This document shows, one piece after another, positions 1-9,718 of a DNA stretch of 64,000 nt (position 1 is its first letter; each line of letters starts with the position of its first letter). This DNA is from Candidatus Poribacteria bacterium. GTDB taxonomy: Bacteria; Poribacteria; WGA-4E; WGA-3G. Both the position numbers and the translations under genes were made by a program. The notes under the pieces are model-generated. The model had not been told where the DNA came from. It ran no database searches and worked only from the letters and a program-made list of their open reading frames with translations. Where the stretch lies: contig OZ240248.1 of the NCBI GenBank assembly GCA_965198235.1, positions 480,001 to 544,000 of the forward strand. The letters run 5' to 3'.

Positions 1-683
1 GCAACGCATCAGCGGTTGTGGCTTGTAGCGACGGTTTACGCGAACTTGCGCGAGAGACGGATATGGCTGTGAAAATGGATGTAATTCCTGATGGTTTGGA
101 TTTAGGACGCTTTGAGCCGGTTCAACGTGATGCCTGTCCGGAAAAGGTCCGAGTGCTCACAATTGGGAGGCTTATACCGCGCAAAGGTTTCCAATTTCTG
201 ATTCGCGCGCTTCCGCAAATTATTGAAAACGCGGCACACGACTTTGAAATTGAAATTGTCGGCGATGGACCGTATCAGGCGGAACTCCTAAGATTGTCAG
301 AAGACCTCGGCATAACGTCACATATCCACTTTGCGGGTTCAGTGCCGTATTCCGAACTGCCACAAAAGTATCGCGACGCTGACGTTTTCATCTTGCCTTC
401 GCTTGCGGAGGGGATGCCGCTTGTCGTTTTGGAGGCGATGGGAACGGGGTTGCCGATCGTTGCCAGTCGTGTTCAAGGCATTGATGAACTCGTGGTAGAG
501 AACGTTAACGGTGCGTTGTTCGACGCGGGTGATGTTGATGGACTTGCGCACTCCCTTGTCAAACTGATTAACGCTGGTGAAGGTCGTGTTGAGATGGGCA
601 AAGCGAGCGTTGAACGTGTTAAGCCTTACGATTGGAAACACATCGCCGACGCTTATTTAACCCTCTATGCCGATATTTTATAG
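1..683 (+). CDS. Glycosyltransferase family 4 (GT-B), 5'-truncated
   Basis: GRLIPRKG and EGMPLVVLEAM motifs; frame is open to the window edge. Confidence 0.9.
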   Translation, partial: NASAVVACSDGLRELARETDMAVKMDVIPDGLDLGRFEPVQRDACPEKVRVLTIGRLIPRKGFQFLIRALPQIIENAAHDFEIEIVGDGPYQAELLRLSEDLGITSHIHFAGSVPYSELPQKYRDADVFILPSLAEGMPLVVLEAMGTGLPIVASRVQGIDELVVENVNGALFDAGDVDGLAHSLVKLINAGEGRVEMGKASVERVKPYDWKHIADAYLTLYADIL

Positions 684-792
684 TCTTCAGTCGTCAGTTT
701 TCAGTCGCCAGCACGAGTTGCTGACGCAACCCTTTCGGCAGTCAGCAAAGAGGGTGTAACTTCACCAGAGAACCTCTTTGCCAATAGCCAAA
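684..792. repeat. Heptamer-rich imperfect inverted repeat, copy 1
   Basis: TCAGTCG/TCGGCAG heptamers then GCAAAGAGG(745-753)...CCTCTTTGC(773-781); related to 2271-2408. Confidence 0.55.
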
Positions 793-820
793 TGGAAAAC
801 GGAGGTCTAAACGTAAAAAA

Positions 821-2308
821 ATGCTGCCAACCAAAATACTTGCTATCGGTGCGGGCGGTTTACAACGCGCCTTAACCCATGAATTTGTCCATATCCTCAA
901 CCAACGGAACCTCTATGACGGCGGTATCTTTGTCGGTCAGCCGCGCGGCACTGAAAAAGCCGATGCCTTCAACCAACAAGGCGGCGTATACCATGTTGTC
1001 ACGTTCGACATGAGTGGTGTCCATGACATCCAACAGGTCTCAAGCGTCGTTGGTGCGACGACACTCGCCACAGAAGCAGGACGTGAGCAGTTCTACGCAC
1101 AGACGGAAAATCCGTTGGATCTCCTGCTTATCGGTGTAACTGAAGCGGGGATCGCTAAGGGTGAACTGGCGATGGACGTGTTAGAAGAGACTCTCTATCG
1201 CTATTTCTGTCATCACGGTGCGGATGCGACGCTTTGTGTCATCAACACCGATAACCTCCGAAATAATGGCGATATTATTCGCGATATTCTCTGTAATGAG
1301 TATCCGAGACGGAGGGACAATTACGCGGCGTGGTTGGAAACGAACGTCGGATTTCTCAACGAAATGGGTGACCGCCTCGTGCCGCAGGTCTACGCTGTGC
1401 CTGATGAGATTAAAGAGGTGGCGCGTGCACAGATCGAAAGCCAAGATGAATTGATAACCTATGCAGAAACAATGCCGGCGACACCACTTATCCTGGAGGA
1501 TCTGGACGACCTGTTGCGCGTGCCGTTCGGTGAACTTCAAGACTACGGCGTTGTTGTCAGTCGGGAGAGTATTGAACCGTATCACGACTGGAAATTGCTT
1601 TTGGTGAATTCCGTGCATGTGCCTGGGATCACGCACAAAGGAACGCTCTCTGGTATTGAATATGTCAACGAAGCAGCAACACACCCAACGTTTGCCCCAC
1701 ACCTCGAACGTCTGATGAATGGATATGCCGAGATTGTGGAAACAGACATCCCGATAGCCGGGAAAAGCGCGCGTGCATACTCGCTGGAATTCGTTGATCG
1801 TATCCGTAGCGTCAAAGATGACAATGCCCGGATTAACATCATTGAAACCGTGAAACTTCGCGAACGCGCCGCCGACATCGTCCGCTCCCCGAACTATGAT
1901 GCGAGTACAGAACTCTTCAAATCTGACTTCGCGTATTCCTTCGCAACGGTGCTCCGGTTTCTGACACCCCACACAATCTCGTCTCCTGACGACTACAGCG
2001 GCATCACCGATACTGGCGAGGCATACGAAATCCGTGATTCCGACCGGACGATACAGGATGTTCTGAAGGGAGCATTTGGGGCAAGCCGAGTAGATGTAGC
2101 GGAACGAATCGCTACTATTTTCTCAAATGCGGCATTGTGGTCACCTGCTGGCACTGCGTCACCGAGCGGTTTGGACGGGAATCGAGACTTTATGGAACGC
2201 GTCGGAGGATACTATCATCGATTGGTTAACAGAGAGACGTGTCTTGGGGTTTTGGAAAGCATCAATAGCGTATCGGCTGTCAGTAATCGGCAGTCGGCAG
2301 TCGGTTAA
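821..2308 (+). CDS. Mannitol dehydrogenase family, altronate (tagaturonate) oxidoreductase-like
   Basis: IGAGGLQRA Rossmann start, TEAGI, NEMGDRLVP (cf. NTLVDRIVP), KLLLVNSVH (cf. KVRILNGAH). Confidence 0.75.
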   Translation: MLPTKILAIGAGGLQRALTHEFVHILNQRNLYDGGIFVGQPRGTEKADAFNQQGGVYHVVTFDMSGVHDIQQVSSVVGATTLATEAGREQFYAQTENPLDLLLIGVTEAGIAKGELAMDVLEETLYRYFCHHGADATLCVINTDNLRNNGDIIRDILCNEYPRRRDNYAAWLETNVGFLNEMGDRLVPQVYAVPDEIKEVARAQIESQDELITYAETMPATPLILEDLDDLLRVPFGELQDYGVVVSRESIEPYHDWKLLLVNSVHVPGITHKGTLSGIEYVNEAATHPTFAPHLERLMNGYAEIVETDIPIAGKSARAYSLEFVDRIRSVKDDNARINIIETVKLRERAADIVRSPNYDASTELFKSDFAYSFATVLRFLTPHTISSPDDYSGITDTGEAYEIRDSDRTIQDVLKGAFGASRVDVAERIATIFSNAALWSPAGTASPSGLDGNRDFMERVGGYYHRLVNRETCLGVLESINSVSAVSNRQSAVG

Positions 2309-2408
2309 GAGGCTCTTTGTAACAATCCACAGCAGTTTGGAGTCCTCCCGGAAGAAGTGAATTGTTACTGAACACCTCTTGCTGATAGCCGATGGTTTCC
2401 GATAGCCT
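2271..2408. repeat. Heptamer-rich imperfect inverted repeat, copy 2
   Basis: TCGGCTGTCAG/CTGATAGCCGA, AAGAGG/CCTCTT and GTAACAAT/ATTGTTAC arms; lies between convergent genes. Confidence 0.6.
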
Positions 2409-3356
2409 TTAAAGGGAGATGACCCCTTTTTTGCGTTGAAGGACAGCATCGTAGAACCGCATCGTGCCAACACAGTCGTGTATGCTGGATATTGGCTCTC
2501 GGTCTTCACGAATAGCGTTGACGAACTCGGTGAGACTGATGCCATCGCCTGTTAGTTCCCCGTTACGCTGATCAGAAAAGTTTGAGGTGAAGGTGTTCCC
2601 GGATTCAGTGAAGTGTTGCGCACCCCACAACCCGTCTAAAACGATGTATTCGTGCTGTCCGGTAATCTCGATGTAGTCATAGTTGCGTTGCCATAAGCGT
2701 TGACTGGTTAACTGCAGACTCCCAACCGCGCCGTTCGTGTATTCTACGGAGACAGCAAAGGCACCCTGTCCGTCGACTTCATTGTGAAAGACGCTGAGTT
2801 CCTTCACATCCGCACCGGCGATATGTCTCGCCAAATCGAAATGGTGGATGGCAAAATCGAGAAGATAACTTTTGACGGTTGGGTATTTCCCACTACAGAA
2901 CGAGCAGAAAAGTTGTGTGAGTTGTCCGAAGGATTCGGTTTGCATGATCTGCCTTGCCTCTCGCACCCCGAGGCTGAACCGACGTTGGAAGTTCACCATG
3001 AGTGTCTTACCGTGTTTTTCTGCGGTTTCTGCCAGCGTGATCGTTTCCGCGAGAGAGGGTGCTGGCGGTTTTGGTGTGAATACATGATACCCCGCCGCAA
3101 GCGTTTCAAGGACAAGCGATTGTCTTGGGTCGGGTCCCATGGAGATGATGACTGCTTCCAGGTCTTCCTTTTCAAACATTTCGTGCCGATCGGTATAATA
3201 TCTGCCAGTGCCAAATTTACTGGCAGCGTCCTTTGCACGATTTTCGTCGGCATCACATATGGCTTGCAATGCGACAGGGGCGAGATGTAATGCGGGATAA
3301 ATGGTGTGCCTGGCAAAACCGCCAGCACCGAGAAATCCAATTCGAAGAGGTTCCAT
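2409..3356 (-). CDS. Gfo/Idh/MocA family oxidoreductase
   Basis: IGFLGAGG, HVFTPKP, NFQRRF, IHHFDL; start at ATG after AAGGAA. Confidence 0.9.
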   Translation of the reverse strand: MEPLRIGFLGAGGFARHTIYPALHLAPVALQAICDADENRAKDAASKFGTGRYYTDRHEMFEKEDLEAVIISMGPDPRQSLVLETLAAGYHVFTPKPPAPSLAETITLAETAEKHGKTLMVNFQRRFSLGVREARQIMQTESFGQLTQLFCSFCSGKYPTVKSYLLDFAIHHFDLARHIAGADVKELSVFHNEVDGQGAFAVSVEYTNGAVGSLQLTSQRLWQRNYDYIEITGQHEYIVLDGLWGAQHFTESGNTFTSNFSDQRNGELTGDGISLTEFVNAIREDREPISSIHDCVGTMRFYDAVLQRKKGVISL

Positions 3357-3374
3357 ATCTGTTTCCTTACCGTT

Positions 3375-3396
3375 AGGCACAATGGAGTGTGCCTAC
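3375..3396 (-). repeat. GTAG-type REP-like palindrome
   Basis: GTAGGCACA-CTCCAT-TGTGCCT. Confidence 0.55.
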
Positions 3397-3581
3397 TATT
3401 AAAGTTTGTATGAACTTTAGCACAATCGTGGAGTGCTGTAAAGGAAAATTTTTGGGGTGTCGGGCAAACGATAAAAATTTCAATTCAACCTAATTGCGGA
3501 AATTATGTCAAAAGATAAAGTGCAGGATTTCTGATTGCTGCGGTTATAATATAAAAAATTTGGATAGGAACAAAATAGAGA

Positions 3582-4967
3582 ATGCCTAAAGTAGGAGGGG
3601 TTTCTAACCCCGATACCAATACGCGAAACTTCCGATTTGGGATACTCCAAGGCACCTTCATGCGTATCAACTTCGCGTTTGCGGATTCATCGACGGTGCT
3701 TCCTGCTTTTATCTATAAACTCAGTGGTTCCGATATTCTGGTGGGTTTAACGGGTTCAATGATGACGGCAGGATGGATGTGGCCCCAACTGCTGATGTCG
3801 AACCTGCTTGAACATCGACCGAGAAAAATGCCGTTTTACGCGCTCGGTATGAGCGTTCGTGTTTTGGCGTGGCTTTCTATCTTTTTCTGTACTATCACAA
3901 TCGGTGAGCAGAACCCAATGCTGCTTGCTGCATCCTTTCTGGGTCTCTATTTCATATCCTCCTCCGCCATGGGCGTTTCGACACTTCCGTACATGGATAT
4001 TGTTTCTAAAGCGATAGCACCGCAGCAGCGCGCCCGTTTCTTTAGCCTGCGGCAACTATACGGTGGTTTTTTCGCAATCTGGGTTGGATTTCTTGTTCGT
4101 GCGGTGCTCGGGGACGAATCCGAATTTACCGGTATACTCGGTAGTATTACGCAAACTTTCAAAACGGTCACGATGTATTTTATCGGCTCCGTTTGTCGTC
4201 TGGAGACCGATCTTGGGTTTCCGTATAACTATGCTTTTCTCTTTGTCTGTTCGGTGGCAGCAGCGTTCTTCTCTTTCGTGAGTTTTTTAGGCGTGCGCGA
4301 GCCTATTCATCCTGTCCATCCGAGGCGTCAACCAATATGGCAACATTTAAAGCACGGGGCGTACTTCCTGCGGACAGACGCAAATTATCGGCGTTTCATT
4401 CTCTTCCGCGTTTTTGCACACTTTTCCGGGATGGCAGCCCCTTTCTACATGCCGTATGCATTGAATGAGTTAGGATTTTCAGAAGCGACGATGGGATTTT
4501 TCATCGTCTGTTCTGCGTTGAGTGGTGTGGTTTCAAACGCATTGTGGGGACATATCGGCGAAAAGTATGGTGTTCGATGGTTGCTAATTATCACGGCAGC
4601 ACTGATGGGCATTCCTCCTGCACTCGCCTTTTCTTCGGGCATATTGCCGACTTCATTACAGATGCCTGCCTTCCTCCTGATTTTCATCGTTGGAGGTGTA
4701 TTGTCAAACGGAATGATGGTAGGTTTTATGGCATACATGTTGAATATCGCGCCGCCTCGGAACCGTCCGAGTTACATCGGTTTCATGAACACGCTGCTCA
4801 TGCCTGTGAGTTTTGGGCCTCTTCTTGCTGGACTTCTTGCCCCTCATATCGGTTATCGGTGGTTGTTCGCTATATCGGTAGGTATCTGTCTCGCTGCTTT
4901 CCGTATTGGAACACAGTTAGAGGAAATCATGCACGAAGATGAGATGGCGGAAGAAACTGACGACTAA
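3582..4967 (+). CDS. MFS transporter
   Basis: About 12 hydrophobic segments; WGHIGEKYG motif-A-like loop. Confidence 0.85.
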   Translation: MPKVGGVSNPDTNTRNFRFGILQGTFMRINFAFADSSTVLPAFIYKLSGSDILVGLTGSMMTAGWMWPQLLMSNLLEHRPRKMPFYALGMSVRVLAWLSIFFCTITIGEQNPMLLAASFLGLYFISSSAMGVSTLPYMDIVSKAIAPQQRARFFSLRQLYGGFFAIWVGFLVRAVLGDESEFTGILGSITQTFKTVTMYFIGSVCRLETDLGFPYNYAFLFVCSVAAAFFSFVSFLGVREPIHPVHPRRQPIWQHLKHGAYFLRTDANYRRFILFRVFAHFSGMAAPFYMPYALNELGFSEATMGFFIVCSALSGVVSNALWGHIGEKYGVRWLLIITAALMGIPPALAFSSGILPTSLQMPAFLLIFIVGGVLSNGMMVGFMAYMLNIAPPRNRPSYIGFMNTLLMPVSFGPLLAGLLAPHIGYRWLFAISVGICLAAFRIGTQLEEIMHEDEMAEETDD

Positions 4968-5030
4968 AATATAGCAATTCTGTCTCAATTACTTACGTAG
5001 TAGATTTTAGAATCACTTAGACATTATGAG

Positions 5031-5180
5031 CGGGCACCCACAAGGAGTGCCCCTACAAGATGTTTACTTATCTCTATAATCCAGTATAGTTTTCGGTTTT
5101 CTGTCCGTTTTAGGTGGGGGATCACGACCTGGAGGTCGCTTCTACAGAGATGTGTATTTCTGCGGATTTCCGCCACCTAC
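5031..5180 (-). repeat. Cluster of three GTAG-type REP-like palindromes
   Basis: GTAGGGGCACTCCTTGTGGGTGCCCG (5031-5056), GTAGAAGCGACCTCCAGGTCG (5125-5145), GTAGGTGGCGGAAATCCGCA (5161-5180). Confidence 0.6.
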
Positions 5181-5220
5181 AGAAGAACTGAATACCTTTA
5201 TTCAAGGAACGGAGGTTTGG

Positions 5221-6234
5221 ATGAAAGTCGTTGCAAAATTCGGTCCCGAAAGTGCGGGCTTAATAGATAAACCTGACCCGGTTGCCAAGGGCGAGTTCGT
5301 TGTCGTCAAAATTCATTCAGCGCCGATGTGTACGGAATACAAAGGCTTCAAAAGCGAGCATAAAGGCGACGGTTTCGGCCACGAAGCCGCTGGTGAAGTG
5401 GTAGAAGTCGCACAGGAAGGCACTGTCAAGGTAGGCGACCGCGTTGTCGTGATGCCACACTACCCGTGTGGAAAGTGTCATCTCTGCTTAGCAGGCGAAT
5501 ATGCCCACTGTCCGGACGACCACAAGATCCTACACGTTACCGAACAGACTGGTGTGACGGCGACCTACGCGCAGTACATTCTTAAACAGGACTGGCTGCT
5601 CGTGCCAATTCCGGAGGAAATCTCCTATCATCACGCTGGAATGGCATGTTGTGGGCTTGGATCGACATCGAATGCCATGCGGTTGATGAATGTCAACGCG
5701 TTTGATACTGTTCTGATTACGGGGATGGGACCTATTGGGCTTGGTGGCGTGATTAACGCAGTGTATAGGGGTGCGCACGTCATCGCTGTTGAGAGCCATC
5801 CGTATCGGGCGGACCTGGCGAAAAAACTCGGTGCGGCGGAAGTCGTCAATCCGCAGGATGAGGATGTCGCCGATCAGATTCGGGATTTGACAGGTGGCAG
5901 GGGTATCGACAAAGGTGTGGAGTGTTCAGCGGCTTCCGCAGCAGTCCGATTATTGATTGACATAACACGCCCAAAAGGACAAATCGCATTGATTGGTGGA
6001 ATTGGTGAAGTGGCAATTCAGGGGAGTGGTATTATCAATAAAGGCTTGACATTACACGGCACGCGGCATTACAACCTCGCAGACGCACCTGCTATGATGC
6101 GGCTGATTGCGCAGATACCGCAACAGTTAGATACATTCATCACACACACCTTCCCTATGAGCAGCATTCAGGAGGCGTGGGCGTTGCAGTGTACACATAA
6201 CTGCGGGAAAGTTGTCCTTGAGGCGTGGGCATAA
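5221..6234 (+). CDS. Zinc-binding alcohol dehydrogenase family protein
   Basis: GHEAAG, CGKCHLC..C, GMGPIG; GGAGG RBS before ATG 5221. Confidence 0.9.
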   Translation: MKVVAKFGPESAGLIDKPDPVAKGEFVVVKIHSAPMCTEYKGFKSEHKGDGFGHEAAGEVVEVAQEGTVKVGDRVVVMPHYPCGKCHLCLAGEYAHCPDDHKILHVTEQTGVTATYAQYILKQDWLLVPIPEEISYHHAGMACCGLGSTSNAMRLMNVNAFDTVLITGMGPIGLGGVINAVYRGAHVIAVESHPYRADLAKKLGAAEVVNPQDEDVADQIRDLTGGRGIDKGVECSAASAAVRLLIDITRPKGQIALIGGIGEVAIQGSGIINKGLTLHGTRHYNLADAPAMMRLIAQIPQQLDTFITHTFPMSSIQEAWALQCTHNCGKVVLEAWA

Positions 6235-6270
6235 AATTAACCGGACCTGCTTCGACGAAGGAAGATTGTT

Positions 6271-7323
6271 ATGAATTCTATGGCAAACAATATGTCTCTA
6301 TCAACACCACTGGACATTCGCCGCGGGGTTACAGATGTGGCAGATGTCGCTTTTCCGTTACGTTGGGGTATCCTCGGTGCTGGTAACATTTCGGCACAGT
6401 GGGTGTGGGCTCTACACGCCTGCGAAGGAGCAACTGTAGCCGCTGTGGCGGCACGGGAAATTGATCGAGCGAAAGAATTCGCGAGGCAGTATGGAGTCGC
6501 TACTGCTTACGGTGACTATAGGGAAATGGTCGCAGCCGATGACGTAGATATTATCTACATCGGCACGATCAACCGACTGCACAAGGAACATACCCTTCTC
6601 GCAATTGCGGCGGGCAAGCATGTGCTTTGCGAGAAGCCACTCACCGAGACCCTCTCCGATGCGCAAGAGATGTATGTAGCAGCCGAGGAGAAGGATGTGA
6701 TGATGCAGGACGGCATGTGGACCCGTTTTTTTCCTGCGGTGGAGCATGCTCGCGCCGCCATTGAGGCAGGCACGATTGGGGAGGTTGTGCTAACACAGTC
6801 CGATTTCTTCGACCCGATCTATACCATCCAAGCGGTACCCCTCGCCTTCGGTGCGTCAGCTGTGCCTGTAGCGATCACTGCCTTGGGCAATAGAGCCGGT
6901 GGCGCGATTGTGGATTACGGGGATGACAAGTACGCTGTACTGACATTTCCGCCGCGCAACTCTGAACTTCCAGAGGTGACAGAACTCGTCGGCACAGAGG
7001 GACGCATCACGCTTGAACGACCCGGACATTGCCCGACGCGTATTTCTATCCGAATTCCACCACCGAATGGCGTGCCTTCGCAATACAGGACACGAAACGC
7101 ACCTGCCCCGCTGCATTACTTTGAGTATCCGTTGCCAGGGTCTGTAGCGATGGCGAGATCCTCTCCCAATCAACACGGCTTTCTCTACCAAGCCGAAGCA
7201 GTCCACCGTTGCCTTGCTGCCGGTTTGCGTCAGTGTCCGCAATACGACAAAGAGGAGTCATTGCATTCGATGAACGTGTTGACGGAGATCAACAAAGCAA
7301 GACAAGTTGCGGCAGATCGTTAA
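6271..7323 (+). CDS. Gfo/Idh/MocA oxidoreductase (dihydrodiol dehydrogenase-like)
   Basis: LRWGILGAGNI, GKHVLCEKP, MWTRFFP. Confidence 0.9.
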   Translation: MNSMANNMSLSTPLDIRRGVTDVADVAFPLRWGILGAGNISAQWVWALHACEGATVAAVAAREIDRAKEFARQYGVATAYGDYREMVAADDVDIIYIGTINRLHKEHTLLAIAAGKHVLCEKPLTETLSDAQEMYVAAEEKDVMMQDGMWTRFFPAVEHARAAIEAGTIGEVVLTQSDFFDPIYTIQAVPLAFGASAVPVAITALGNRAGGAIVDYGDDKYAVLTFPPRNSELPEVTELVGTEGRITLERPGHCPTRISIRIPPPNGVPSQYRTRNAPAPLHYFEYPLPGSVAMARSSPNQHGFLYQAEAVHRCLAAGLRQCPQYDKEESLHSMNVLTEINKARQVAADR

Positions 7324-7360
7324 TCGGATATCAGGCACCTCTTATGCTGTTTCGGTCTTC

Positions 7361-7384
7361 TGAGTTTCGTTCAACCCAACCTAC
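7361..7384 (-). repeat. GTAG-type REP-like palindrome
   Basis: GTAGGTTGGGTTGAACGAAACTCA. Confidence 0.5.
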
Positions 7385-7400
7385 GGCACTGATTATTTTT

Positions 7401-7652
7401 CTACCCACGCAGAGATTTTGCCGTCAGCGTGGGTCTCGGGGACCTCTGCCTGAAATCTCGCTTTCCTTGCCTCCCGATCGGTGTCCTCATCGAACAGAGC
7501 AAGTAAACTTTGATCGATTCCCACACATACATGCTTTTTCGTTCGTCGGGATTTTCAACCCATGCCGAAGAAGGCATGCGGGTGCCTCGGTATCTTGCGT
7601 TCGCAAAACTGCCAGCCGACTCCACGAAGGGTAGCGTTTTTCGTTGTGCCAT
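7401..7652 (-). CDS. Small protein, degenerate DUF433-like (possible antitoxin remnant)
   Basis: AAAGGAGA RBS, TTGACA-17-TATCAT promoter (7742-7714); VES..RGTRMPSSAWVEN resembles the DUF433 pattern VES..RGTRVPVSALFEN. Confidence 0.45.
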   Translation of the reverse strand: MAQRKTLPFVESAGSFANARYRGTRMPSSAWVENPDERKSMYVWESIKVYLLCSMRTPIGRQGKRDFRQRSPRPTLTAKSLRG

Positions 7653-7911
7653 GAGTGTTCTCCTTTGTGTTGGGAGAAAGAAGGGTTTGGTTCCCGGTAA
7701 CACGTTTTCTGACATGATACGATAGTCTCAATTCACTGTCAATAGCGAATTTGATGTAATTTTTGGGGTAGTCAAATCGCCTGAGATAAAAAAATATTGA
7801 CATTTTTGCGAATTTAAAGCATACTGGAGTTATACAAAATTAACCAGATATGCATTGTTTTCCTATTCGCTCTTTGTTTTAGTGGAGCGGCATGTTTATA
7901 GGAGGTGGACC

Positions 7912-8124
7912 ATGTTAAAAATTGTTGAAACAACAATCGATGCGCAGAGCACTGCGAAATTAACTCGACCCAATCGGTTGTCGAAACTCAGACGAGCATT
8001 TGGGACAATTTTCATGGAGGAACTCCGAGTTCCTGAAATCGCCTTGCTAAGTGAATTCGTGCTTACGCAAGACTGGCATTTTTCGGAGGAAGATGCTGCC
8101 CGGGCACACCTCCAGCCGGAATAA
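7912..8124 (+). CDS. Small protein resembling putative antitoxins found upstream of PemK/MazF toxins
   Basis: AGGAGG RBS, TTGACA-17-CATACT promoter (7797-7825); C-terminal ALLSE..L..DW...EEDAA..HLQ pattern. Confidence 0.55.
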   Translation: MLKIVETTIDAQSTAKLTRPNRLSKLRRAFGTIFMEELRVPEIALLSEFVLTQDWHFSEEDAARAHLQPE

Positions 8125-8224
8125 CTCCCGGCTTATGCAAAAGAGTTCTCTGTAAATAAAGAAGTATTTTTCAGAATCGGCGCGCTTGCGAAGCGCGCCT
8201 AATTTATATTAAGGGTTCCTATAT

Positions 8225-9553
8225 ATGAGCAAACCAAATATAGTGTACATTCATTCACACGACACAGGTCGATATGTTCAACCTTACGGGCATGCGATCC
8301 CGACTCCGAACATCCAGAAACTTGCGGAAGAGGGTGTTGTATTTCGGAACGCATTTTGTGCAAATCCAACCTGTTCACCATCTCGCGCCGCACTCCTCAC
8401 CGGACAATGGGCACACAGTTGCGGTATGGGTGGTTTGGCAAACCGCGGTTGGAGCCTTCCGGTGCCAGAGCACCTCATCACCTACACCTTGAATCAGGCT
8501 GGATATACTACCGCCTTGGCAGGATTCCAGCATGTCGTCCGAGATCTTAAGGAGACGGGATACCAGCGACTTTTATCCGAAGGCACCGTGCGCGCGGGGG
8601 CAGAAGAACGCGCACGCGACTTCATCGCGGAGAAGCACGATGCTCCTTTCTTCTTAGATGTCGGGTTTGGTGAAACGCATCGCCGAGGGAAAGGGTTCGA
8701 TCCGCCACCGGATGGAGAATCCAAAACCGACCCGCGCTATGTGAAACCGCCTGCCCCGTTCCCCGACACGCCTGTCACCCGACAAGATATGGCGGAATAC
8801 ATAGATGCGGCTCGGACGCTTGATAGAAAAATGGGTGTGGTTTTTGACGCGTTGGAAGAGAATGGACTTGCTGAGAACACGCTTGTGATATGCACGACCG
8901 ATCACGGGCTCGCCTTCCCCCGCATGAAGTGCCATCTCAGCGACCACGGCATTGGTATAATGCTCATTGCCCGTGGTCCCGGTGGCTTTAGCGGAGGACA
9001 AGTTGTGGACGGGTTAGTTAGCCAGATTGACCTTTTCCCAACTATTTGTGAATTGGCAGGAATTGAAGCACCGGCGTGGCTCCAAGGAAATTCTGTTCTC
9101 CCATTAGTTCGCGGTGAGGCGGAAGATATCCGCGATGCTGTTTTCGCTGAAGTCAACTATCATTGCTGTTATGAACCGCAACGCGCGATCCGAACCAAGC
9201 GATGGAAATATATCCGCCGCTATGACGATGCGGAAAAATGGGCACTGCCGAACTGCGATGACAGCATTAGCAAGACTTTTATGCTGGAGCAAGGCTGGGA
9301 CGACCAACCTGTTGAATCAGAGCGGTTATACGATGTCGTGTTTGATTCGTCGGAGGCACATAACCTCGCGGGGAACCCCGATTATGCAGATGTTTTGGTG
9401 GAGATGCGAGATCGTTTGGCGCAGTGGCGGACGGAAACCGATGATCCGGTGAACGAAAATCAGATTATGGTGCCACCGGAAACGGCTGTACTGAACGACC
9501 CGACGGATATATCACCCGGTGATACGCATTATCCGGCACGTGAAATGGTATAG
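8225..9553 (+). CDS. Sulfatase (N-sulfoglucosamine sulfohydrolase-like)
   Basis: KPNIV, CSPSRAALLTG formylglycine motif, TTDHG. Confidence 0.92.
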   Translation: MSKPNIVYIHSHDTGRYVQPYGHAIPTPNIQKLAEEGVVFRNAFCANPTCSPSRAALLTGQWAHSCGMGGLANRGWSLPVPEHLITYTLNQAGYTTALAGFQHVVRDLKETGYQRLLSEGTVRAGAEERARDFIAEKHDAPFFLDVGFGETHRRGKGFDPPPDGESKTDPRYVKPPAPFPDTPVTRQDMAEYIDAARTLDRKMGVVFDALEENGLAENTLVICTTDHGLAFPRMKCHLSDHGIGIMLIARGPGGFSGGQVVDGLVSQIDLFPTICELAGIEAPAWLQGNSVLPLVRGEAEDIRDAVFAEVNYHCCYEPQRAIRTKRWKYIRRYDDAEKWALPNCDDSISKTFMLEQGWDDQPVESERLYDVVFDSSEAHNLAGNPDYADVLVEMRDRLAQWRTETDDPVNENQIMVPPETAVLNDPTDISPGDTHYPAREMV

Positions 9554-9590
9554 GGTTTAGAACCCCGATTAATGTCGTTGGTGAGGTTTC

Positions 9591-9718
9591 ATGAAGATAA
9601 AAAAATAATTCGGTAATTGACGGGAGACCATGAATTGCCCTACTACAAACGAAGTTGCTTGTAGTCGTGCTATTTATAGTACGTTCGGAAATTATCCGAT
9701 TAAATTCTTAAACTTCAT
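9591..9718. mobile_element. MITE-like 128-bp element with imperfect TIRs carrying an inverted REP doublet
   Basis: Ends ATGAAGATAAAAAAATAATTCGGTAATT and (reverse complement) ATGAAGTTTAAGAATTTAATCGGATAATT; interrupts a GAGGTTTC^CTAACCTC palindrome. Confidence 0.55.

Noticed and set aside
1181-1972. 263-aa antisense ORF and similar long antisense ORFs (15996-16610, 40302-40946)
   Set aside because: Opposite to well-supported genes with no recognisable motifs
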